A stretch of DNA of 63,977 bases, the filler included, from Reticulomyxa filosa (taxonomy: Eukaryota > Protista > Foraminifera): the NCBI GenBank assembly GCA_000512085.1. It is 14 parts of 14 records of this genome, joined end to end, with 100 filler letters (N's around TTAATTAATTAA, not from the genome) between each part and the next. Parts side by side here need not be neighbours in the genome. Positions count along the whole stretch, not along the records: positions 1 to 1,538 come from ASPP01023178.1; positions 1,639 to 3,551 come from ASPP01015313.1; positions 3,652 to 5,901 come from ASPP01002797.1; positions 6,002 to 10,353 come from ASPP01008761.1; 10 more parts are not named here. One strand, 5' to 3'. This document shows positions 1-10,245 of the stretch, piece by piece. Made by a program: the position numbers and the translations under genes. The notes under the pieces are model-generated. The model was not told the DNA's origin and searched no databases. It saw nothing but the letters and a program-made list of their open reading frames with translations. Numbering within the stretch: position 1 is the first letter of the stretch; every line of letters starts with the position of its first letter.

Positions 1-51
1 GGGTACGTATACAAGATAATTATTAATAACAAAAAAAAAAAAAAAAAAAAC

Positions 52-456
52 CTCATTTGAAACACTTCTTTGAATACAGGCTCCTTCCATAAAACTTTAA
101 TGTTAGATGCAACCGTGTCGTCTATACGGGATTTTACATCCAATATATTCATAAAGTCAGCTGCTGATTGCCCTTCTGTGGACAGTTGTGATTTGTCATT
201 GATTGCTTGTATCACGGTAGCCACTGTCTCTATTATAAACTGATAGATGTGCGTCTGTAAATAATACGCGCTCTTCAGTATTTATGTTTTCAAGTGATTG
301 TCGAATTTTTTTGAACAATGTCGATTTACCACAACCACCCGGTCCTAAAAGCAGTAATTTTTTTGTGTCTCGCGGCTTTTTCGTGACTTGGGACTGTGCA
401 GGTTGCTTATTTACAGCTATTGGCGCTGTTGTTCTTCTCAAAGCACAGCAGCCCAT
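52..456 (-). CDS. Heterotrimeric G-protein alpha subunit, exon 1 (3' truncated; internal 1-nt frameshift, so error or pseudogene)
   Basis: MGCC acylation start and KKLLLLGPGGCGKSTLFKKIR (G1 P-loop). After a frameshift near 250-256 the frame continues HIYQFIIETV...DDTVASNIKVLWKEPVFKEVFQMR (helical domain), ending at a GT-polyT donor at 51. Confidence 0.85.
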
Positions 457-1093
457 TTTGTCCTTTAGTTGTTATTGTAGAATGTACCCAAGGGGCTGGG
501 CTGAAATTGACACCAGAAAGTCGAACAATTTTTTTCTTAACTTAGTTTACACAACAGTATTTTTTCAGTTTTCAAATTGAAAAATTATACTGCAAAAAAG
601 GATAATGCTAGAAAACGTGCACTATAGTCTCGTTCTTTTCAAAAGCGATTACACAAACAGCAAAAACACAAATTAAAACTGTTTAATATACACTGCAGCA
701 AAAATAAAAAAGCATCAATTATTACAATAACTGCTTCTATGCACTTTAAAGACATTTAAGTGTAACTCCGCTTGGTTAGCCAAGAGATATTCGAACGAGA
801 GAAATGAATGTTACTATGAGATATATTGTTTTTGTTCTTTCGCTTGTTTTCTTTTTGTTACTTTGCCGTTGATTTTAAAAAAGCAAATAAAAAAACAATT
901 TTTTATCATTGAAATAAACTGATTAAGATTAAAATTTTCAAAAAAAAAAGTTTATTGCAACAACAAGGTTGACAAATTACACTATTCTATTCTTTTGTGT
1001 ATTATAGTTTGGTAATACCTGAAATAGAGAAAATAATTTTAATTCACTCAAAGAGAATTAAGTAATCAACAAATTTTTGTTGGAAAAATGTTT

Positions 1094-1538
1094 CTATCCC
1101 CAAATATGAATATAACCATTGTTTGAACCATGACAAAGATATATATTCTTTCTTAATTTTAGAAATTTAAGACATTTTATTCCACCATCTTTGTCATCTC
1201 TATTGACCACATGCAATTCCTTCTTGTTTGATCGAATATCCCAAAATCGAATTGTTTTATCATATGATCCAAAACATATTACATTTGAACTACCACCAAT
1301 ATTAATATTATTTACTACTAGCGGTGAATATTCAACAGCCCATACAATGTCCATATGTCCATTGAATACTTGAACTTGTTTACCGGATCGAATATCCCAC
1401 AAACGAACAGTTTTATCTGATGATCCAGATAATACTGTATCTATTAATTCATTTGATCCATATTTTACACTCATCACATAATCTTTATGTCCATTGAATA
1501 AAATTAATTGTTTTGTTGTTTCAATATCCCATATTCGA
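1094..1538 (-). CDS. WD40 repeat protein, C-terminal part (5' truncated by contig end)
   Basis: SGSSDKTVRLWD, FNGHMDIVWAVEYS and GSYDKTIRFWD repeats. Confidence 0.9.
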
Positions 1539-1638
1539 NNNNNNNNNNNNNNNNNNNNNNNNNNNNNNNNNNNNNNNNNNNNTTAATTAATTAANNNNNN
1601 NNNNNNNNNNNNNNNNNNNNNNNNNNNNNNNNNNNNNN
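1539..1638. other. Artificial contig-joining spacer (first of 13)
   Basis: N44-TTAATTAATTAA-N44 (stops in all six frames). Repeated at 3552, 5902, 10354, 11761, 15200, 25487, 28842, 43520, 45425, 54228, 56156 and 60994, each 100 bp. Confidence 0.99.
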
Positions 1639-1676
<38 letters not shown>

Positions 1677-2253
1677 CATTATAATTATTATCATCATTAC
1701 CATTGTTATTATTATTATCATTATCATTATTATTATCATTATCATTGTTATTATTATCATTTGTTGTTGTCATACTATCTTTTCTTTTTTTAATTTTTTC
1801 GTTTTTTTGTTTGTCTCTTTCTTTCTCCTTCTCTCGCGTTTTCGCAATCCTGTCCATTAACTCTTTTTCAATCTCTTGCTTCTTTGACTCCATTTTGTCA
1901 ATAAGCATGTGATACTCGGTCTTCAACTTCAACTCTTGCTCCTTTTTCACTTGCGTCGCTTGGATCAATGCCTGCTGTCTCTGCGTGTCCAGCTTGTCCT
2001 CTTCCCCGTTCCCACTGCCGCTCGTTTTCACATCCTCGCCGCTCAGTGTCTTCATCTTTTGAATCTCGCGCCATTGCGTCAAGCGGTCCATTCTATCTTC
2101 AAACGATTTTATCATCGGGCTCACTTCTGGCGTCTGCACCACTGGACCGTTTGTCGTCACCGTATATGTCGTGAAATTACCACTCGAAATCTTCAATCTC
2201 TTTGTGGGGCGTTCTCCTGGTTCTCCCAAAGTTAAGGGTAATATATGCTTCAT
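1639..2253 (-). CDS. Hypothetical coiled-coil, Asn/Asp-rich protein (3' truncated)
   Basis: Open frame of about 205 codons with charged heptads ending in a poly-N/ND tract at the contig edge. A possible upstream acceptor lies near 2275. Confidence 0.6.
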
Positions 2254-3008
2254 CTTCGCAGTTTCTTGTAATAACTGACAAAAACGAATGTATGAATCAA
2301 AGCACGAGTTTTTTTCCTTCCCCTCCTTTCTCCTGTCCCTTTACAGAGTTCAATTTTTTTTTTTTTTAAAACACTCTGATTAGAGATTGTTTCTTTGTTT
2401 TTTTAACATTTTCCAACTGACTACCAAAATAGAGCCAAAAAAAAAAAAAAAGCAACAGTAGAGTGCTAATGACTTAAACATACGAAAGTTGAAGCTATAG
2501 CTTGAAAAAGACAAAAAGGTTTTTTTGAGAGTTTGGATTTCCCTTATTGCAAGTTCTTTATGAATAATCCCAAATAAATTTTCCAAAACAAAACACAAAC
2601 AAACAAACACACCAAAATGGACAATGAAAAAAACTCTCACGGTGTTTTTTTCTTGAAAACACCTCATCCACACTAGTTGTAATATACACTGATCCAAGTA
2701 AGGAGGGGGGGGGGGGAACCCCTTGCAGTGGAGCAATGCAATTTGTGATTTTAGACCTTCCATCGAATAAAGGGTTTCCTTATGTGAAAAAAACATTTGC
2801 TTTGGTTGATGCATCAACCAAAAGAGAAAAAACAAACAAAGAAAAATATAAAAAGCAAAAAATAACAGTAATAATAAAAAACAAACAAACAAACAAACAA
2901 ACTCAATCAGAAGAGACTAGCCAGTTTTCCTTGATCAATCTTGCATTTTGTGTGTATGTGTAGGGGAAAAGTTTTGTATTAGGGGTAATGTACTGTGAGA
3001 TGTTTTTT

Positions 3009-3530
3009 TTAAGAGGGTTCTTTTTGTTGGTGATGAGCATTTTGTGCAGCTTTGTCACTCTCCAATGGTTCGTTATGTGGACTGTTTGGATTATTGTTTC
3101 CATTTTCATTTGCAACTTCACGATCATTGTCAATATGATTGTCGTTTCCATTTTCATTTGCATTTTCATTTTCGTTTTCTTTTTCTTTTTCTTTTTCATT
3201 GTTTTCAGTTTGTATTACTTCGCTACCTTTTTCTTTGTCTTTGTCTTTGTCTTTGTCTTTGTCTTTCTCTTTTTCTTTGTCCTTATCCTTGTCTTTGTCT
3301 TTTTCTCTATCTTTGCTTGACTTGCGCTGCTTTCGCTTAGAGTCTTTCAACTTGACATACTTGTATCTGTTCTTGAAACTGCCAATGCCAGGCGTGATTT
3401 TGCCGTGCTCCACGGCGTCAACGGACACACACCACACGTGAACCTGTGTGAAGCGTTGTGCCAGTGACAGCAATGCATTTCGCGAGGCGACGAAGGTGAA
3501 CACGATTACGTCTTTTTCGGTTGAGCCCAA
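3009..3530 (-). CDS. Last exon of a protein with a divergent uracil phosphoribosyltransferase-like C-terminal segment and a (DK)n/(EN)n tail (5' truncated)
   Basis: LGSTEKDVIVFTFVASRNALLSLAQRFTQVHVWCVSVD...ITPGIGSFKNRY matches the UPRTase pattern GV.EE.IIF.NL.A...G...V...FP.V.IVT..ID...IVPG.GDFGDRY. The exon follows a poly-A-AG acceptor at 3531. Confidence 0.65.
   Translation of the reverse strand: MGSTEKDVIVFTFVASRNALLSLAQRFTQVHVWCVSVDAVEHGKITPGIGSFKNRYKYVKLKDSKRKQRKSSKDREKDKDKDKDKEKEKDKDKDKDKDKEKGSEVIQTENNEKEKEKENENENANENGNDNHIDNDREVANENGNNNPNSPHNEPLESDKAAQNAHHQQKEPS
3231..3300 (-). repeat. Hexamer coding microsatellite (GACAAA)n encoding a DK repeat
   Basis: Tandem TCTTTG units on the + strand. 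Confidence 0.85.
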
Positions 3531-3739
3531 CTTTTTTTTTTTTTTTTTTTTNNNNNNNNNNNNNNNNNNNNNNNNNNNNNNNNNNNNNNNNNNNNTTAAT
3601 TAATTAANNNNNNNNNNNNNNNNNNNNNNNNNNNNNNNNNNNNNNNNNNNNATCACTTTGAATTTGTTTTTAAAAAAATAACTAGTCAGTTGGTTTTGTT
3701 GAGTCTTGCTATAGAATTGTTTTTTATACCTGAAAACAC

Positions 3740-5901
3740 CATTCGCGAGCGTGGATCAACTTCCCATATCACCCCAATGGAAAACTCTACACGATTGCGG
3801 CGATTTCAAGCAGTGACAGTTTGAAGCGTTGCAAAGAGCGTTTGCCATCAACACATGCGTACAAAAGTTTCTACAGATAATGGTTAGCGCGGCACAGTAT
3901 CAAAGAAGATATCAAACTGCGATCTATAGGTACCAATGAACAGGGAACACTTGGTCGTTATGAAAATAGCTCTAATTTTGTTAATGCATAGATTGACTAA
4001 TCATGCAAAACTTGTCGTGTGCGTCTATTGATTGGAAAAACCTCGAGCTCGCGAAATATTGGACACTGTCAATCGGTGAAGAAAGAAATAGAGCCAGTTG
4101 AATTTTCAGAGTCCGTCGCTGCAAGAGTTATGTGCCCTGTTATCTTTACCGAACTGCATCCGGGACCAACTATGAGCTATAGTCGACGTGTTGGTTAGCA
4201 TTCAAGAAATCAAGAAGTGGGAGACTACGAAAGAAAGAACGTGAACATGGTTAAAAAATAATCAACGTTGTGATCGAACAACCACTACATCGGGAGATTC
4301 ATCCTATGTAAAAACGATTCAATTTAGATGTGCCGAAACTCCGAGACACTGTCAAAAAAGAATAGAAAGAGGATGGTTTGTTTAAAGGAAAAAAAAAAAC
4401 AATTTGCAAGCTTTATTGAAATTATGAATCGATTTGCTCTTTACATCTCGAAGCGCGCAAAATCGCCACTCACGAACGTGGATTAACTCCAAATAGCGCG
4501 CCAATGGAATGTGTTAAACGAATAGGTCAATGTCTGGCAATGGTAACACAAAGTATTTCAAAGAACATGTTTACTATCAACGAAAACAGGCACAAGTCTC
4601 TGATGCTGTGCCGGGCCAACAATTAACCGCAAAGATGGTGTCGAACTGCAAGCTACTGGTGCCAATGAACAATGGGAACTTGGTTGTAATGGAAATGGCT
4701 CGCTAATTTTATAAACACAAGATAACAACCGAAACTAGTTGTGTGCGTGCGCACGTGCGCAAATTTTACGTTTTGAAGTATGATAGTGTTGGTTGGAGTA
4801 ATAGTAAGCTAGCATGCGACATTGCTCATTGACAATTGATGAATAGATAGCGCTTGTCACATTTTCTGACTCAATCACTACAAGAGGCGTTGATCTTGCG
4901 TTTGTGGAGCAAATGCATACTATCTTTACCGAACTGCCTCCCGGATCGACTATTGACTACGGGCGACGTGTTGTATGGCACTCGAGAAGCAAGAGAGAAG
5001 AATATCATCAATACGGCAAAAAAAAAAAAAAGAAAAATACAAATGGTATCCTCGCTCATTGTAGCGCCAATGCAGAAATTGTTGAATGGATGCATATTAA
5101 TGGATGCGAGAATTTTCAATCACGACCATTAGCCAATGACAAAGTAGTTCTTCTATCACAAGGATGTCGAGAACGAATGAATTCGGTATGCAATTGGAAT
5201 CGCTGCAAAAAAATTCTCACAGTTGAATCGCCGACGATCTGGGTCTTGATGCTGTCCGACTACGAAGGCAAGTCTTTCAAGAAGAAAAAAGACGTGATAA
5301 TATCGTGCAAAATGAAAACGAAATGATATCGATATTGCTGTATCGCAACGACAGCAGCGACTGGATTGGCCAAAGAAATGCAAGATAAAGAAGAAGAGGA
5401 CGTTTAGGAAATACATAATCACATATGGCAGTCGAGTGGACCACTGTTACATGGGTCTATTCTTCCGATATCGTGACCCAATTCGGTGGATTATTTTTGC
5501 GAAACTCCAATTCAACATCACAAGCAAACAAGAAAAGAAGATATGAGAAGGACAATGATATGAATAGAAAGAAGATTCCGAGGATGCCGCGTTGGATCTG
5601 TTTTTTTAAAAAAAAAGACCATCCGTCAACTTACTTTCGTTATGAAATGGCTTTTCACATCCGCGAGTGGCGGTCTTGCGCAATTTTAAGCATGGACTAA
5701 TTTCGTACATTGCGTCCCCCCCTCCCCAAATGAAGCTTCTTAACTGGTGTAACAATGTTAAGCGCAGCGCCAGTGAGGCTTGTGATGCCAACAACGAAAC
5801 ACAGTCCAGGTTCTCTTTTAATCTTTTGTCAATTGTTTTAATATATTGGACTGGTATTGTGTTCGCCAATATTTGGGTACTGCTGCTGTATTCCACGATT
5901 C
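3740..5901 (+). pseudogene. Decayed tandem array (about 3 diverged copies) of intronless genes with SOCS/BC-box-like and ankyrin-like motifs
   Basis: An identical 17-mer TATCTTTACCGAACTGC at 4141 and 4921; CCAATGAAC at about 3933 and 4662; related anchors at about 3746, 4473 and 5688. Peptides PSLQELCALLSLPNCIRDQL / QSLQEALILRLWSKCILSLPNCLPDRLL and MNREHLVVMKIA / MNNGNLVVMEMAR. Many stops. Confidence 0.5.
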
Positions 5902-6001
5902 NNNNNNNNNNNNNNNNNNNNNNNNNNNNNNNNNNNNNNNNNNNNTTAATTAATTAANNNNNNNNNNNNNNNNNNNNNNNNNNNNNNNNNNNNNNNNNNN
6001 N

Positions 6002-7333
6002 AATAATAATAACAATAACAACGGTATGAATAACAGTGGCATAAACAGCGAAGGAGGACTTGGGAAAGACATGAACGCAGAACACATTGGAGGGATGTTG
6101 TCGAGTGGATTAAAACAATCGCAGCCACAAAAAGTGAGGATGGGATATTTGGACGAAGAAATCGACATCAATTATGAGTACGACATATTCTCAGAAGAGT
6201 GGTGGATGACAGATGAAAAGATTGTAAATGGAGGGCTTAGTGCTGCCAAGATCGAATTTCTAAAGAAGCTGTTGTTCGCCTCCAATGACGATAACAGCAA
6301 CAACAATAGCAATAACAATGGCAGTGGTTTTGCAAAACAGCCCTTTCCATTGTTGGACTTAAAACGATCAAATAACATCAATCAAAAAGCAAGACAAGTT
6401 ATTAACACATACATATACACATATATGTATATATATATATATATATACATATATATATTTATATTATATATTTAATATTAAATATATTCATGTTTATATG
6501 TTATGCTTGTAAGCAATTGGAAAACACTTGCCGTCGTGTGTTGTTTGATGGATGACGCCAACAGTTGTTAAGTGATGACAATGAAGACTTTGTCGTAATT
6601 GGGACAATAGGTCGACAGAGTGTGGGCAAGTCCAGCATATTGTCCTATTTGAGTGGAACAAATGGCGCATCTTCGTCCTCGTTTTCGTCGTGCGACAATA
6701 GTGTGGTAAATGAGAACGACGCGAGTGGTAATCGCGAGTGGCTTATGGCATTTCCGACAAGTATAACTGACATGATCAATGATAAGAATGGAACGCAAGG
6801 CATCGAATTGGTGTTGGGAGACATGTGGAGCAACAAGTCCAATGCCAACGACAGCGACGGTATTAATGCGACAGGGGTGACGGGCACCTCAAGTACTTCT
6901 GCTTCTGGCTCTGGATCGGGCTCTTCTCCGACGACCTTGAACAGAGGCAATTGTCGAACAGGAGAAAATCGTTATTTGTGGCTGGATTGTCAGCCATTGT
7001 GCAGTAGCAGTATTTTGATGCAATGGACAAATTTAGGGAGACTGCAAACGCGTTTGAAAAAGTCGCGAGCGACTATGAATTGTAAAAACATGTGGGAAAT
7101 TGAAATGTGGAAATATGCGCTTTTCATTGTGTGTGTGTGTCACGTTGTTGTCATCACTGTGGATACGGTTATCTATGATCCTTGGCTTTTTGAATTTTTG
7201 CAAACCCTTTATTTATTGAGACAATGTTTTGTATGTTTGTTATATTCCTTTTTTTTTTTAAAAAAAAAAAAAAAAATGTTAATGTATATGGGATGACTAC
7301 ATCATCGTAAGTATTGAATTGGAACAAAGACAA

Positions 7334-7370
<37 letters not shown>

Positions 7371-8504
7371 ATACATACACTTTTAAGCTATGAATGAATC
7401 TGGTATGCTGGCACGGCCTTTATACAATGAGAACAACAACAACAACAACGGAAAAAGTGATAATCGTGACGATAAGCTCGATTTTGCGACTCACAAAAAC
7501 GTGCGACATGCCATGCCCAAAATCATCTTTGTCTACAATAAAGTAATGCCGTTACAAATGACTCCTTACATGTTCATGAAGACGTCCAAAGAGTTATTCG
7601 AAACTTTCAAATTTGACTGGTTTTCGGAGCCTCATGGCTCAATCAAAAAATCAAATGACGGTGGTGACACTGGCAGCATCAATCAAGATCATGACAAAGA
7701 TAAAAATGTTGTCTCGGGGTCCATTGAAAATAATAATAAAGATTGCACCGAAAACAAACATCCTGTCAAACATTATGTTAATGAAATTGGGAATGAAGAG
7801 TTTCTTGGAATGCTCACCTATCAATGGGATAGAGATCGCAACCATTATCAAGTTTCTCGGGCCCAATTGAATGTCTCAAACGAGTGCAATAATAACGCCA
7901 ATAACAATACTAATACTAATACTAATACTAATACTAATACTAACACTAATAATAATACTAACACTAATAATAATAATAACAATAACAATAATGATAATAA
8001 TGATAACAATAATACTGATACAAAAAATAACAACAATACCAATAGTGCAAATAACACAAATGACAATGATAACAACACCAACACCAATACCAACACCAAT
8101 GCTAACACCAATGCCAACGCTAATACCAATACCAATAGCTTTGGCAATAAAAACATTAGCACTGTTGGAAATGCATGTCTTTTGACGGAAGAATACACTA
8201 GCATGTATGCTGCAGAAGTAAGCTTATATTTCTTGCCAGAAGTCGTTGGGAATGATTACAAGAATTTTGCAGAATTGTGCAAAACTTTACGCCATCAAAT
8301 TTGGTCAATGGAAAAACCTTCGATGATGAACAACATGACTGAAATTCAATGGTTTGTTCAATTTCAAAAAATTTACTTTTTTAATTTTTATTTCCATTTT
8401 CTTAAAAAAAAAAAAAAAGGTTTGACTACGCCAAGAAAGTTTGGAGTGAAATTGATACAAGTTTGGAATTAAAAGACTACAAAATGACCAATGCAAGCGT
8501 TTAG
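6002..8504 (+). CDS. SMG9: SMG9 nonsense-mediated decay factor (4 visible exons; 5' end may be truncated)
   Basis: VVIGTIGRQSVGKSSILS P-loop, TQGIE, LDCQPLCSSSIL, CHVVV..D....LFEFLQT, PKIIFVYNK and TEIQW|FDYAKKVW. Introns at about 6398-6564, 7226-7387 and 8352-8419. Poly-Asn/NT inserts. Confidence 0.88.
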
Positions 8505-9179
8505 GATAATTACAAGTAAGCTGTTGATTTGACTTGGACAAGGTCACACTCTAAAAGAAGCCACAAAAGGGGCCAATCTGAAACCCTAGAGGAAAGTGAG
8601 AAATGAACCTTCCGTTTTTAAGATGACTAATAATTATAGGCATTCGCTTATTATTGTTCCCGGATATGTTTTGCTTGCGATTGCATCGCTAACCATCCAA
8701 TCTGAGTCACATTTGTTTTTATGTTTTTTTTTGCCACACCAAATCAATCTCTTCAGTGCGTGTGAGTTTCAAAGCTCTTCTGTTCATGGAAAACATCATG
8801 TTGGCTTTTGATTTTTGTAGTGGATGTTCACACATCAAGCAAAAACTTGTCTTGTTCTTGTACCAACTGGCAACAAACAATAAACGAAAGTTTGCAATGA
8901 ACGATCAGCATTTTTTTCACTTCATAACTAACAAGATTGTAGACCGCCAATTACATAATTTGAAGAAATTTTGATCGTGTCACATTATTTTTTTATTACT
9001 CAGACATGGGACACACTCAATAACATTACTTATTGTTTGTACTCTTTTTCACCTTTAAGCAAACTTTTCTGAAGTTTAGTTGTTTCGTCGTTGAACCAAC
9101 GCAAGGTTCTAAAAAAAAAGCAGACAAAAAATCTACCCTAAAAAATAATTTCGACATTTCAAACAATTTCAAAGCAAGT

Positions 9180-10245
9180 ATGCAAAACTGGAAGCAGGTA
9201 CCTTTCATACTTTTGTCATCCCTGGTCAAGATCTTGGCCCAAACTTTCATTGAAAGTGATCAACACATGGCACAATAAAACTTTAGCAATGGCAAGGTCG
9301 AAGTGAGTTTGTCTTTCAGGCATTCATTTTGGTTTGTATCTTTGTAGTCGCATTTTCTCTCAGGTGTGAACTCTCTTGACAAAAAAAAAATTTTCTGTTA
9401 TGTGACATTTTTAACCTGTACAAAGTTTGGCTATGAAAAAAAAACAAATCAAAAACAAACAGATTGTTCGCTGTCATAAGGTATGTCGTACTGTATTCCA
9501 TGTGTATACATATATATTATATATTATGTATATTTTAGGTTATTTTTCCTTCTTCTTCTCATTTTGTTTTTGTTTAACTTTCATTCCCTGTGCATCGTAC
9601 GTGAACCAAGATTATGTTTTGTTGTGCTGATGTGGACAAAACGAAGTTTTTAAAAAAAATAAAAAAAGGGGGCAAAAAAAAGTGCAATAACCCTCCAATC
9701 CCCACCATAACAAATTTTGTGAGAAATACGCAGTTTTCAAATGACATGAATTTGAACACGTAAATGTTGACATTTGCCAAGCATTTTATTATTTGAAAAC
9801 TAACAGCAAAAAAAAAAAAAAAAATGGATTTGTTAGAGATCGTTTTGATTGTTTACCTTGCTGATGGTAATTTGGGGGGGGGGGAAAAAAACAGGTTTGA
9901 AAGTATAATTCACGAGTTTGATCCATGGTTCAATTTCCGCAGCACACGTCACATGGTGGACTATGGTGTCTATGACTTTCACAATTGGTTTGATAACAAG
10001 TCGTGGTATCCATTGGGACGCTTTGTCGGTGGAACCATCTATCCAGGGTTGATGTGGATCGCCGGATTGATGCATCACATCGCTCATACATTCTTAAACA
10101 TCCCAGTCAATATCCGTGACGTGTGCGTGTTCACTGCACCCATTTTTGCCGGCAACACCGCTGTGGTGACGTATCTGTTCACGCAGGAATGTTGGAATTC
10201 ACATGCTGGCATTTTCGCTGCCATTTTCGTGGGTTTGGTGCCTGG
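9180..10245 (+). CDS. STT3: Oligosaccharyltransferase catalytic subunit STT3, N-terminal exons (3' truncated; start uncertain)
   Basis: Spliced AFSLR|LFAVIR|FESIIHEFDPWFNFR...WYPLGRFVGGTIYPGLM...RDVCVFTAP. Includes an 18-nt microexon at 9463-9480 and a main exon at 9895-10245. Confidence 0.95.

Noticed and set aside
760-805. tRNA-like A-box/B-box words (TGGTTAGC, TTCGAAC)
   Set aside because: The spacing is too short and no cloverleaf stems are present.
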